Below, piece by piece: positions 35,691 to 48,630 of a stretch of DNA of 64,000 nt. Where the stretch lies: NCBI RefSeq assembly GCF_963921235.1, contig NC_086101.1, positions 11,968,001 to 12,032,000 on the forward strand, in the 5' to 3' direction. The notes under the pieces are model-generated. The model was not told the DNA's origin. It searched no databases and saw only the letters and a program-made list of their open reading frames with translations. A program made the position numbers and the translations under genes. Positions within the stretch are counted from its first letter, which is position 1, and each line of letters begins with the position of its first letter. The stretch comes from Mobula hypostoma (lineage: Eukaryota).

Positions 35691-35719
35691 CCTCAAACTA
35701 TGACACTTGTAATGTGAGT

Positions 35720-36090
35720 TACTGCCACCTCCTTGTCAGCTAGAACCAGTGTGGCAAATTTCTGCTGACCGCTCTCATGCATAAGGTATTTTCGCCCGCA
35801 GAACCGCTGCTCGCTGGGATTTTTTTTTTGCTTGTTTTAGAGATTTGTGTGTGAAAATCCCAGGAGATCAGCAGTTTCTGAGATGCTCCAACCACCCCAT
35901 TTGGCAGCAACAGTCATTTCACAGTCAAAGTCTCTTTGATCACATTTCTTCCCCATTCTGATGTTTGGTCTGAACAGCAACTGAACCTCTTGACCATGTC
36001 TGCATGCTTTTATGCATTGAGTTGCTGGCACATGATTGGTGATTATGTATTTGCATTAATGAACAGTTGTATCTAATGAAGTGGTCCAAG
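35720..36090 (-). mobile_element. Tc1-like non-autonomous remnant
   Basis: Minus-strand MGKKCDQRDFDCEMTVAAKWGGWSISETADLLGFSHT resembles a Tc1 transposase N-terminal HTH. Confidence 0.7.
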
Positions 36091-36559
36091 AGCAAAAGAA
36101 TGCAGGTCTGGAAATCTGAAATCAAAAACTGAAAATTGGGATCTCTTCTGGGGAAGGCATAACCTATAGAAAAGGGATGGGTTATACCTGAACACGAGGG
36201 GGAACCAATATCCTTTATGCTAGAACTGCTGGGAAGGGTTTAAACTAATTTAGCATTGCAATGGGAACCAGATTGATAGGGCTGAGGATGTGGCAGATGA
36301 TACACAAGTCAATGCTACGTGTAGTGGGACTGTGAGGATGGACAAGCAGATGATAAGGTAAAATTGTAGTCAGTGGGATTAGCTGAGGTGTAACACGGGG
36401 ACAGAATTGTAAAAGATGATGAATACAGGATTGAAGGTGTTATATTTGAATGTACACAATATATGGCATAAGGTAGATGATCTTGTAGTGTAGTTAGAGA
36501 TGGACAGGTATGACGTTATGGGCATCACTGAGTCGTAGCTGAAAGAATATTATTTGGAG

Positions 36560-37506
36560 TAGAGATTCCATACCTGGGGTCAGCAGACCTCTCAGTGAAT
36601 GGCAGGAGTCCATGGCATATACATGCAGGGTGACTTGGATAGGTTGGGTGAGTGGGCAAACTCATGGCAGATGCAATTTAATGTGGATAAATGTGAAGTT
36701 ATCCACTTTGGTGGCAAAAATAAGAAAACAGATTATCATCTGAATGGTGGCCGATTTGGAAAAGGGGAGGTGCAACGAGACCTGGGTGTCATTATACACC
36801 GGTCATTGAAAGTGGGCATGCAGGTACAGCAGGTGGTGAAAAAGGCGAATGGTATGCTGGCATTTATAGCGAGAGGATTCGAGTACAGGAGCAGGGAGGT
36901 ACTACTGCAGTTGTACAAGGCCTTGGTGAGACCACACCTGGAGTATTGTGTGCAGTTTTGGTCCCCTAATCTGAGGAAAGACATCCTTGCCATAGAGGGA
37001 GTACAAAGAAGGTTCATCAGATTGATTCCTGGGATGGCAGGACTTTCATATGAAGAAAGACTGGATGAACTGGGCTTGTACTCGTTGGAATTTAGAAGAT
37101 TGAGGGGGGATCTGATTGAAACGTATAAGATCCTAAAGGGATTGGACAGGCTAGATGCAGGAAGATTGTTCCCGATGTTGGGGAAGTCCAGAACGAGGGG
37201 TCACAGTTTGAGGATAGAGGGGAAGCCTTTTAGGACCGAGATTAGGAAAAACTTCTTCACACAGAGAGTGGTGAATCTGTGGAATTCTCTGCCACAGCAA
37301 ACTGTTGAGGCCAGTTCATTGGCTATGTTTAAGAGGGAGTTAGATATGGCCCTTGTGGCTACAGGGGTCAGGGGGTATGGAGGGAAGGCTGGGGCGGGGT
37401 TCTGAGTTGGATGATCAGCCATGATCATAATAAATGGCGGTGCAGGCTCGAAGGGCCGAATGGCCTACTCCTGCACCTATTTTCTATAGAAGATTGTGAA
37501 TCCCTG
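36560..37506. mobile_element. Small hAT-type MITE split by a CR1 insertion
   Basis: 8-bp TSD ATTTGGAG at 36552-59 and 37507-14; degenerate TIRs TAGAGATTCC.../...GAATCCCTG; sits in an older CR1 endonuclease-region fragment (~36130-37530). Confidence 0.65.
36623..37487 (+). mobile_element. Young CR1 3' fragment (~865 bp)
   Basis: Open frame MQGDLDRLGEWANSWQMQFN...GYGGKAGAGF; near-identical to 17654-18505. Confidence 0.95.
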
Positions 37507-37539
37507 ATTTGGAGCTTAATGTCCAAGGATGCACATGAG

Positions 37540-39300
37540 GAAAGTCTGAAGATGCTGGAAATCCAAAGCAGTAACACACAAAATGCTGGGGGAACTTAGC
37601 AGGTCGGGCAGCATAATTTTACATAGACAGTTTACATTTTGGGCAGAGACCCTTCAACAGTACTGAAAAGGAAGATCACTAGAAGGTGATAGGTGAAGCC
37701 AGGAGGGTAGGAAAGAATAAGGGCTGAAGAGGAATAAATTTGATAGGAGAGGAGAATGGACCATAGGAGAAAGGGGAGGAGGAGTGGGGGATAGAAGAGG
37801 AAAGAGGAAGGGAATTTTTTCGTACCGGAAGAAGAAATCAATATTCATGCCATCAAGTTGCAGACTACCCAGACAGAATACAAGGTGGTGTTCCTCCACT
37901 TTGAGTGTGACCTCATCTTGGCACAAGAGGAGGCCATGGACCAACATGTTGGAATGAGAATGAAAATGTTTGGCCATCGGGAAGTTCTGTTTTTTGCAGG
38001 TTGAGCAAGGTGTTTGAAGAAGCGGTCCCCCAATTCAGGACAGGTCTCACCAATGCAGTGGAGGCTGCACCCGGGCCACCAGATGTAATAAACAACCCCA
38101 GCAGATTTGTAGGTGAAGTGTTGCCTCACCTGGAAGGTCCTGAATAAAGGTGAGGGAGGAGATGAACCACTTTGGCCGTTTGCAGGGATAAGTGCTGGGA
38201 GGGAGATTAGTGGGGAGTGATGAATGGACAAGGGAATTTCAGAGTGGGATGATGCCTGCCGAAAGCGGAGAAACTGAAACATGTGTTAACAGTGTTAGGT
38301 GTATATATGTGTGTGATATAGCTCCCAAACCAAGTTAAGCTTGGGGAAACAAAGCTTAGAGTCTTGAGATGGTAAAGTACGAAAGTTCAGTTCATCCACG
38401 GAATGTTTGATAGGGGAAAGAGATATTTGTAATCCAGAGTGAAACGTAAAGAAAAGGTGGTTACGTCGAATTCCACAGTAAACGAAAGTATTCCACAGAT
38501 TCCATGATGTTAAAACAAGATAACAGTCGCTGTAGATCTTGTCCGTCGTGTCGTTCCAAATCCACATATGAATTATCAGCAAAAGTGATCTGTCGCAGGG
38601 GTATGGTCTTCAAGGGGTTACTATGCAACATACCCAGGCAAGGGTTAACACATAAGTGGTCTCCACAAGATATCCCAAACAAAATCCACTCCTTTGGATT
38701 ATACGAAGTGACAGACACACATTCGTAGTGCACTATGTGCAGATATTTAACCCACCCTTGTGGGCATAAGAGAGTTTCGAACTATCGCAGTGACCAACTG
38801 AAGTTTCATCAGCTGGTTGATCTCGGTCTCTCTATCTCTGTCTCTCCACTGTAACTGTCTATGTCCTTGTTTTAAAGTTAAACAAGCTGCAAGTCAGTCA
38901 GTGAACAACGTCATAGTCCGGCCTCATTTAGGCGCTCTTAAAATGACAGTCCACAGTAAGCAAAACCTGTGGGTTCTTAACAGGAGGTAAAGATGTTTGG
39001 TGGTAGGATCCTTTTGGAGATGGCGGAAGTTGTGGAGGATGCTGTGTTGGATACGGAGGCACATGAAGTAAGGTCACTGTTAAAACGTGGCGGGAAGATG
39101 GGGTGAGTGGCAATGATGTGGAAATGGAGAAGGTGTGGGTGTGGGCACCATCAATGATGGAGGAAGGGAAACCCCATTCTTTGAAGAAGGAGGACATTTC
39201 TGATGTCCTGGAAAGGAAAGCCGCACCCTGGGAACAGATGTTGTGGAGACAAAGCAACTGAGAAAGGGGAATATCATTTTTACAGGAGATGGGGTGTGAG
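37540..39300 (-). mobile_element. Penelope-like element interrupted by an LTR-like insert
   Basis: Minus-strand FQVRQHFTYKSAGVVYYIW...HCIGET (GIY-YIG) and HPISCKNDIPLSQLLCL...EMSSFFKEWGFP (RT C-terminus). Confidence 0.8.
38271..38982 (-). mobile_element. Putative solo-LTR-like insertion
   Basis: Non-coding 0.7-kb insert breaking the Penelope sequence; TGTTAA (38284)...TTAACA (38982) termini; TSD ambiguous. Confidence 0.4.
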
Positions 39301-39309
39301 GTAGGGTTA

Positions 39310-41400
39310 TGCATTATACACATTGTATTGAAAGGACAGGCTGGTAGGCAGAGGGGGTGAGTGACACTGTGGGTAAAAACATGCAATCAACTTCCTGGAA
39401 AGAGTTGATATCGGATTGGAAGATGTAGAATCCTTGCAGGTAGAGTTAAGAAACTGTTTGGGTAAAAGGACCATGATGTGTTTTTTCAGTAGGCCTCTAA
39501 ACAGTAGCCAGGATGTGGGATATAAATTACAACATGAGATCGAAAAAGCATATAACAAGGACAATGTTACGATAGTCATGGGGGATTTCAGTATACTTAT
39601 ACTTATACTTTATTGTCGCCAAACAATTGATACTAGAAGGTACAATCATCACAGCGATATTTGATTCTGCGCTTCCCGCTCCCTGGATTACAAATCGATA
39701 GTAAATATTAAACATTTAAATTATAAATCATAAATATAAAATATAAAAATGGAAAGTAAGGTAGTGCAAAAAAACTGAGATGCAGGTCCGGATATTTGGA
39801 GGGTACGGTCCAGATCCATGTCAGGATCCGTTCAGCAGACTTATCACAGTTGGAAAGAAGCTGTTCCCAAATCTGGCCGTACGAGTCTTCAAGCTCCTGA
39901 ACCTTCTCCCGGAGGGAAGAGGGATGAAAAGTGTGTTGGCTGGGTGGGTCTATGCAGGTAGATTGGGAAAATCTTAGATCCTAAGAGAGTGGATTTGTGT
40001 AACGTCTACGAGATGGCTTTGTAGAGCAGCTTCTGGTTGAGCCCTCTTGGGGAAAGGCTGAATTGTGCGTTGTTTAGTGAACCAGATTTGATTAGGGACC
40101 TTGAGGTGAAGGAACCCTTGGGAGGCAGGGATTATAATATGATAGAATTTACCCTGCAATTTGAGAGGTCATGTTTATGACAATGGAGTAAGAGAAATTA
40201 CAGAGACATGAGAAACAAGCTGACCAAAGGGACACTATCAGGGGTGACAGCAGAACAGCAATACCTTGATTATCAGGGGGTGTTTCTGAAGATGCAGGAA
40301 AAGATGCATCCCAAGGATGAAGGGAGGATCAGGCAACTGTTGCTGACAGGGGAAGTCAAAGGCGGCATAAAAGCCAAAGAGAGGGCATTTAACCTAGCAA
40401 AAATTAGTGGGAAGTTAGCGAATTGGGAGGCTTTTAAAGACCAACGGAAGGCAACTAATAACGGTTAGTTCAGCTCAGAGTGTCGGAGTTTAACATTCAG
40501 TTCCAATGTCCTCTGCAAGGAGTGTACATCACCCTGTGGAATGTGAGTCTTCTCTGAGTGCTCCAGTTTCCTCGCAAAGTAGCTACCAAAGATGTAGCAG
40601 GTAGATTAACTGGTCATTTTAAATTGTGATTAGGTGAGGGTTAAATCGGGCTCGTTGGGGGTTGCTGGGTGGTGCGGCTCAAAGAGCCTATTGCGCTCTG
40701 TATCTATAAGTGAAATGAAACAAAAAAAAGCCAGAAAGAGAGAAAAGATGAAATATGAAGGTATGCTAGCCAGTTATATAAAGAGGATACCGAAATTTTG
40801 TTTTCACCTATCTAAAGGGTCGCAATAGACTGGCGTCCTATCCGGGGGAGTCTCATACTCTCAGTCGCTTCACGGCACAGAAACCGGCAAAGCACCGGCC
40901 TGATGGGCCACATAGCTCAGGACAGACTTTTAATTAATTCATTAATTAATTAAGCTAAAGGGTAAAAGAGGTGAGAGTGGACAGTTGGAAAATGACACTG
41001 GGGAGGTAGTGATGGGGGAAGAGAAATGGTGGATCAACACAAGTAAGTCTGCAGATGCATCAGTGTTCACAGTGGAAGACATTAGCCATATGCCAGAAAT
41101 TCATGTGTCGGGGGGCAGAAGGGAGTGCATGTGTTATCACTAAGGAGAAAGTCTGAGCACTGATAGGTCTGAAGGTGGATAAGTCACCTGGACCAGATGG
41201 ATGCACCCCAGGGTTCTGAAAGAAGTAACTGAAGAGATTGTGAAATCATTAGTAATGGAAAATTGAAAATGTCATTCCACTCTTTAAGAAGGGAAGGAAG
41301 CAGAAGAAAGGAAATTATAGGCCAGTTAGCCTTCAGTGGTTGAAGGATGAAGTTTTGGGGTACTCGGAGGCACATAATAAAGTAGGCCAAAGTAGTATAG
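39310..41400 (+). mobile_element. Old CR1 ORF2 fragments with nested Rex1 tail (~39590-39950) and SINEs (~40465-40720, ~40828-40930)
   Basis: VESLQVELRNC...IVMGDF (endonuclease); 'gtggataagtcacctggaccagatggatgcacccc'. Confidence 0.65.
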
Positions 41401-41849
41401 TTTTCTCCCATATTCCAAAGGTTAGTCGGTTAACTGGTCACTGTAATTCGGTGGAGTGCGTTTGTATGAGTTAGTCAGTTAACTGGTCACTCTGTAATTC
41501 AGTGGGGTGGGTTTGTTGGACAAGAAGGGCCCATGACTATGCTGTATCTCTAAATAGAACAAATAAAAAAGCAGAAAATGCTGGAAATGTTTTTTTTTTG
41601 TCATCAGCTAAGCCACAGAGTCGATCAACACAGAAATGGGCCCATTGTATCTACCTTCACCAATGTCATTTCTCCACATTAGCCCTGTAGCCTTCTATGC
41701 CTTAGTGATTCTGGTATTCATCTTGTACTTCAGACTTCCACCATCTGCATTTTAATTGACTCTAATTTTCTAGGAGCAAATTATTTTGTTATTCACTTAG
41801 TGCATCCATGTTGAGGCTGTCCTTTCCCCATTGACTATACACATGCACA

Positions 41850-42132
41850 CTAGTGTAGTGGTGAGTGTAACACGATTACAGCACCAGCCACCGAGTTCAG
41901 TTCCCATCGTTACCCGTAAGGAGTTTGTACATTCTCACCGTAACTGCGCGGGTTTCTGCCTGCTTCTCCGGTTTCCTCCCAGTTAGAGTTTGTAAGTTGT
42001 GGGCATGCTGATTGGTGCCAAAAGTGTGGCGACTCTTGTGGGCTGTCCCCAGCACGTCCTCTGTGTTGGTCATTGATGGAAACGGCGCAGTATGTTTCGA
42101 TCTATCCGTGACAGATAAAGCTAATCGGTTTT
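41850..42132 (+). mobile_element. V-SINE/HE1-like SINE
   Basis: tRNA-like head and V-domain 'ggagtttgtacattctcaccgtaactgcgcgggtttctgcc...ctccggtttcctccca'. Confidence 0.7.
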
Positions 42133-42469
42133 GATCTGTCACTGGTATGCATGGAGCTATTTATGTAGATCAGTGGGCCTGAAGTCGTACACTATGTTAG
42201 AATTATGTGGTCCTGACACTTGGCTGTTGGGATCTGGGGTTCACATGAAATACCATCAAGCTGTCAGAGAGCAATTATTTTTAGTTTCACCCAGCTGCTC
42301 GGACAGGTGGGACAGATCTGCTTGAAGGAATCTGCCAAGTTTATTCTAAGATCAGTCACGCTGAGAGAAAAATGATGGTGGGGCTGCTATATTGCTGACG
42401 GACTCTTTCAGCTTTTCTGGTAGTATTTAACGTTCTACCCCACCCCAGCTGGCCCCTTGCAGCAAGCTG

Positions 42470-45090
42470 AAATTCAGAATCAGAATCATAATGCCCCAGT
42501 GTGTGAAACATACCAGCACTGATCATGGTTTGGTGCCAAGCATAAAACACAGGACAATACCAGGCAACACAACAGCAACCAACAGTTTACAAGACAGTAC
42601 TGCAAACAGTCAAGAGCAATCAACAATTAGCAGGATGGTCACATGTTTAAACATCGAAAATCAAACTTAAATAAATGTGAGCATATGATCAGACTCAATT
42701 TTCAACCTATCAAGGAAAGCAGGAAAGACTGTTTAACGGAAGATGTGCAGGGACAGTTAGGGTTGTACACCTGAGTGAGTTTTGTTGAGAAGCTGGATAG
42801 CTACAGGAAAGAAGCTTTGGAGATGACGTGTAGTCCTGGTGTGATGGACTTGCAGCATCTCCCAGATGACGATTTGGTGAATAGGTGACTGGTAGGGTAG
42901 GTGCAGTCAGTAGTAAATTTTCCAGCTCTTTTCTTTGCTCTGGCGATGAACTGGTCTTTTAATGTCCGTAGCTGACAGCCAGTGATCTTCTCCACTAAGT
43001 GAACCACTCACTGCAATCTAGACTTGGAGAGGAAGGAGCAGCGGGAAGCCAAACGGTGATAGAAGTGGTCAGAACACTCTCGAATGTGAGCAAAATTCAT
43101 CAGGACACATCCTGAGGTCTTAAGTTTACGTGGCTGGTGTAGGAAGAACAATCTCTGCTAGACTTTTGTAGTGATGAGCGTAGCATGCTTGTCCCACTTC
43201 AAGGCATTTGTAATGGTGGTACCCAGGAATTGAATGACTCCACCACAGACACATCCTGACCATTACTTTCCAAGTGGTGGGGGCAGGTAGGGGATTGTCA
43301 GTGGAAGTTAGTCCTCATTTGCAAGGTGCATTAAGCTCCAAGTTGTTACGAGTGCACCTTGATGCAAGACGATCTACCTCTCTTTGATAGCAGGTCACAT
43401 CATTATTAGAGATGGGGCCAACTGCAGTCATGTCATCAGCAAACTTTAGAAATTTAGGATTTTTCTGTGGAGGTGCAGTCATTTATATAAAGTGAGAACT
43501 GGGGGAGTGAAAGAACACAGCCCTGGGGAGAGCCTGTGCTAACAGGCAAGTAGATCAGACAAGTAGGAGCTCAGCCTTACATACTGCTTCCTTCCAGTCG
43601 GGGAATTCTTAATCCACTGAAAAATACTGTAGGGTATTTTTAGGTGTAGAATAGGTGAATAGGTGAAATCAGCAGTCAGTAGTAAATTTTCCAGCTCTTT
43701 TCTTTGCTCTGGCGATGAACTGGTCTTTTAATGTCCGTAGCTGACAGCCAGTGATCTTCTCCACTAAGTGAACCACTCACTGCAATCTAGACTTGGAGAG
43801 GAAGGAGCAGCGGGAAGCCAAACGGTGATAGAAGTGGTCAGAACACTCTCGAATGTGAGCAAAATTCATCAGGACACATCCTGAGGTCTTAAGTTTACGT
43901 GGCTGGTGTAGGAAGAACAATCTCTGCTAGACTTTTGTAGTGATGAGCGTAGCATGCTTGTCCCACTTCAAGGCATTTGTAATGGTGGTACCCAGGAATT
44001 GAATGACTCCACCACAGACACATCCTGACCATTACTTTCCAAGTGGTGGGGGCAGGTAGGGGATTGTCAGTGGAAGTTAGTCCTCATTTGCAAGGTGCAT
44101 TAAGCTCCAAGTTGTTACGAGTGCACCTTGATGCAAGACGATCTACCTCTCTTTGATAGCAGGTCACATCATTATTAGAGATGGGGCCAACTGCAGTCAT
44201 GTCATCAGCAAACTTTAGAAATTTAGGATTTTTCTGTGGAGGTGCAGTCATTTATATAAAGTGAGAACTGGGGGAGTGAAAGAACACAGCCCTGGGGAGA
44301 GCCTGTGCTAACAGGCAAGTAGATCAGACAAGTAGGAGCTCAGCCTTACATACTGCTTCCTTCCAGTCGGGGAATTCTTAATCCACTGAAAAATACTGTA
44401 GGGTACAGTTAGCTGGGTTAGCTTGTTGTGGAGGAACTCCTGAACAATAATGTTGGAGATGGAGCTCAAATCCACAAACAAGATCCTCACATAGATATTG
44501 GGGGAGTTCAGATGTTGAAGAATGTAGTTAACTGAATCCTCAAATGAGCAAGCTAGCGGGTTAAGAAGAGGATCAGTAAGGTAGGCCAACATCAAACGTT
44601 CAAAGGTTTTAATAACTACTGAAGTCAGAGCGACTGCCCTAAAATCATTAAGCCCGGTTATCTTGTCTTTCTTGGGAACTGGAATGATTGTGGCAACTTT
44701 AAAGCAGTTCAGAATCTTGCATAATTGCGGGGGGTGTTAAATATTTCAGTGAAGAAGGTGCTGATCCGCACAGTGTCTTAGAGCATTAGCTGAGACACCA
44801 TCAGTGCCTGCAGCTTTCCTAATGTTCTGTTTTCCAAATAGTTTGCGAACGTCGTCTTCTTTTACAGGAAATATAGGGTGGGATTGGGCCGGTGGGGGGG
44901 AGACTGAAGAAGGTGAATGGCACTGGGCTGGCTGGGTGACATTGGAGTGGGCGTAGGACTCAGCATATCAGTATCTGAGGAAGTGAGAAGCAATGTTGAT
45001 TGCCCTTATCAGACGGGCAATAAAACTGATTGAGCTGATTGGCCAAGGTAGGGGAGGGGGAAACTTGAGAAATTGGCCAGCAGCCCTACC
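42470..45090 (-). mobile_element. Rex1/Babar-like LINE containing a tandem duplication
   Basis: (CAGAAT) tail at 42475; minus-strand YVRILFVDLSS, 'ggctgtgttctttcactcccc', KFADD. Confidence 0.8.
42903..44405. repeat. Direct tandem duplication, 2 x 734 bp (42903-43636 and 43672-44405) with a 35-bp spacer
   Basis: No differences noticed between the copies by eye; offset 769 bp. Confidence 0.95.
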
Positions 45091-45175
45091 ACTTTAAAAT
45101 AGTTAAAAAAAAACATATATTTTGATTCCTGATCTCTTAAGTGCTCGCTCTGTGTGGAACATCAGGACTGGGTTA

Positions 45176-45550
45176 GACATGGTAGCATAGCAGTTAGTGC
45201 AGACAGCACCAGCTGGGGTTCAGTTCCCATCATCGGTGCCTGTAAGGAGTTTGTACATTCTCCCTGTGACTGTGTGGGTTTCCCCCAGGTTCTCTGGTTT
45301 CCTCACACATTCCAAAGATGTACGGTTAGGTATGGGCGTGCTATGCTGACATTTGCAGCCCGTCCCCAGCGTAATCCTTGCTGATTTTATACAAGCAACA
45401 CATCTCACTGTATGATTTGATGTACTACATGTGACAATCATATTCGACGCCAGTCACAGGGAGAACGTACAAATCCCTTACAGACATGGCGGGAGTTGAA
45501 CTCTGATCTTAAAGCTGTAAAACGTTATGCTAAATGCTACACTGCTGTGC
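45176..45550. mobile_element. Two V-SINE/HE1-like SINEs, tail to tail
   Basis: + copy 45176-45440 with tRNA-like head and V-domain; - copy of the 5' part at ~45450-45550. Confidence 0.65.
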
Positions 45551-46511
45551 CATGCATCCAAAATGGTCATAGTATTGCTACATTCTGATGATTATGTTGT
45601 GCTAGTTGGTTCAAGATCCAAATGCTTGGACACTGTTAATGTAAGATGCCGCAGACCTGTTTCCCTTGCTTGGTGGGGACTGCATAACCTCAGTGTAGGG
45701 ACAACTAGGCCTCAAGCCACAGGCTTGCCTGCTGCTGCAGTCCAGGAGTAGAGATTCTGGAGATTGACCTCCCCTGTCAATGCTGCCCTCAGTGTTCGGT
45801 CGGTGGAATAACAGTTTAGATCGATGGGAAGTGTACCATTGATTTGCGGGACATGTCGCTCAGGGTATTGGGTTATATAAGTGGGTTTTTTTTTTGCATG
45901 CCTATGGTTGTTTTGTTGGTCGCTGTTTTGAATGTGCTGTGTACGTTTTGCAACTTGGCCCCAGAGGAACACTGTTTTGTTTGGCTGTATCCATGTTTGG
46001 TTTAATGATGATTAAACTTGGTTTGATGTGGTTTGAAATAGCTGTTCTCCAAACTGATTCCAGGATGGAGGAAAGAATAGACATGGGACAAGTAATTAGC
46101 AAAGTAGCCGTTATGGGTAAAGCCTAGGTAGCTCTAAGGTAGGGACATGTTCGGCACAGCTTTGTGGGCCGCAGGGCCTGTATTGTGCTGTATGTTTTCT
46201 ATGTTTCTATGCTGGGGGCAGAAGAGATTGTTGATGTTTGTTGCACTCAATAAGGTATGAGCACAAAATAAACCATTGCTTCAATTGAAAGACCAGAGAC
46301 TGCAGATACTGTAATCTTTAGCAATAAACTTTCTGCTGTAGGTAATCCAGGTGGAACAGCATCTGTGTGAGAAAAGGAATTGTTGTAATCAGAACTGATG
46401 CAGGATATCGACTCTAGATTTGCTTTCTTCACGTAAGCAGTACTCAGCACATTCAGTCCTACAACAGATTGTTGGTGATTGTTTCAATTTGTTCTCCTCT
46501 TGCTTTTCCAG

Positions 46512-47036
46512 ATTTTATGGTTTACTCGGGTACGAATGTGATCGGCCGACATGAAAGCTGCCACATCTGCATCCCGGTGCAGTCTGTTTCCAAGAAGCAC
46601 GCCGTGATTGAAATTGAAGGGGATTCCCACCTGATTCATGACTGCAAAAGCCTGAACAGCACCCGGCGTAAGAGCGCCATTCTGAAACCCTTCATCCGCT
46701 ACCAGATCAACGACGGGGACCTCTTCCTGTTCGGGGATGTCGCCTGCCAGTATGTGATGCTGCCTTCTGCTGCCCAAGTTCTAGACTCTGACTCTGAGAC
46801 GGACTCGGAATCCATGCTGCCCCAGACGAGGGCGTGTGCAGGAGATGACCGGTGGGGAGAGCTGTCGGAGAGTGACCCTGTCCCTGAGGCAGCCAGCAGC
46901 GGTCAGGAATCGGCGGACGATTCGCTCGTGCTGTCACCCACCCAGTCGTACGGGCACAAGTTGCCGATGCGGGTGGTGCAGTCTGATGTCTACGTGAAGG
47001 ATTCTGAGGATGACGACACACCGTGGAAGGAGGCTG
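46512..47036 (+). CDS. MDC1: MDC1 coding exon 2, FHA domain
   Basis: Acceptor 'tgcttttccag', donor 'G|gtaagc'; 525 nt, phase 1-1. DFMVYSGTNVIGRHESC...SVSKKHAVIEI...DCKSLNST...LFGDVACQY contains the FHA GR, SxxH and S-x-N motifs. Confidence 0.95.
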
Positions 47037-47129
47037 GTAAGCTGACTTGTTATTCTGTTTCCCTCACTCTCTTCACTAATTCTAAAATGATTCATCTAAG
47101 TGGCTTGTAAGAGATCACCTTGTAGTCAG

Positions 47130-47910
47130 CAGTTAGTCATAAAGCACTGCTCATCTGGTCCGTGCCGACAAGATGTGCATCTAAGTTAGTCACGTTTGCT
47201 TGTTCGACCCATATCTCTCTGGATCTTTCCTATCTACAGTATGTGCATGTCTAAATGTCTTCTAATTTTTGAATGTTGGATTTATTGTCTGCACCGATAA
47301 TCTGTGCACAGGTGCAATAAAGAAGCTACTTGCAGCAGCATCACAGGTATGTACGTAGAACAGGAAAGAATACAGCACTGGAGCAGGCCATTTGGGCCAC
47401 AGTGTTATGCCGAACCAGCTGAAAAGCAAAGCAAAGCAAACACACCCACGCACTAATCCCTCCTACCTACACCATGTCCATATCCCTCCATCTTCCTTAC
47501 ATTCATGTGCCTATTCCACCATCTCTGAAAAGCCCCTAATGTTTTGCCTCTACCACCATACCAGGCTGCACAATCCAGGCATCCACAACTCTGAGTAAAA
47601 AAACTTTAACCCTCATATACCCCTTGAACCTACCCCCTCTCACCTTCAGTGCATGCCCTCTGGTATTAGACAATTCAACCCTGGGAAGCAGATAATCCCA
47701 GTCCACTCTACCTATGCCTCTCATAATCTTGTAAATCTCTATCAGATCTCCCCTCAGCCTCGGGCGCTCCACAGAACACAACCCAAGTTTATGCAGCCTC
47801 TCGTGACAGCACATGCCTTTTAAACCTGGCAGCATCCTGGTAAACCTCTTCTGCGCCCTCTCCAAAACCAAAACCTCCTCCCTATAGCGGGGTGACGAGA
47901 ACTGTTGACC
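47130..47910 (-). mobile_element. CR1 3' fragments
   Basis: ORF 47536-48036 includes LERAQKRFTRMLPG...RLRGDLIEIYKIM...TRGHAL. Confidence 0.8.
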
Positions 47911-48009
47911 CTTCTGGAACCAGATTAGGAAATTCACTACGCAACTCGTAATTAATTGAAGCTCACACTTTATTGTCTCAGCACAAACAACAATGGAACT
48001 ATGATGACC

Positions 48010-48630
48010 CAGACATCCCACCCTGCAAAAACTCATTTCAGGGAGGTAGCACCATCAATTTGCGGGAGACTCCCGGAACTTCCGGGAGAGGTGGGATGTC
48101 TGCAATAGAGTACCTCCTTAGTAGCAAGCCAGCTAGTTTAAATAACGTTAGCTATGCTAATGAAAGAATGACACCTGTTAAACTCACCTCAACATGTCTT
48201 TTACAGTCTTAACCCACCATGGGCAATAGAAAACAGTTGCAAACAGTGCAGCGAACAACACTGTCATTATTTTTGACCCCCTATTAGGCAGGGGTACACT
48301 TTAGGATAGTCTGGGGTGACGTACGTTTTATATTTTCTTTTTTTGGAACACTCTCCCATGGTGCGCGCGCGCGCTCTCTCTCTCTCTCTCTCTCTCTCAT
48401 TCTCGCTCTTGCGCTCTCTCGTGCTCTCTCTCTCGCTCTTGTCTCTCTCACACTCTCTCGTCACTGTCGCGCTCACTCTCTTGCTCTCCCCCTCTCGCTC
48501 TCGCGCTCTCTTGCTCACTCGCTCTCAAAAAAATTGACTTCTGGGATATTGTATATAACTTGCGGGCATCAGGGAGCCACTATTAATATGCGGGAGACTC
48601 CCGGAACTTCCGGGAGAGGTGGGATGTCTG
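48010..48630 (-). mobile_element. MITE with TIR CAGACATCCCACC (copy 2)
   Basis: Reverse complement of 6969-7532; extra TIR ending at 48102; (CT)-rich tract; flanks ATGACC/TTGACC. Confidence 0.85.

Noticed and set aside
41421..41517. Two ~50-bp direct repeats (CRISPR-like?)
   Set aside because: Only two diverged units within a SINE remnant, no spacers, eukaryotic context.
45176..45250. tRNA-like sequence
   Set aside because: Degenerate SINE head followed by a V-domain; no complete cloverleaf.
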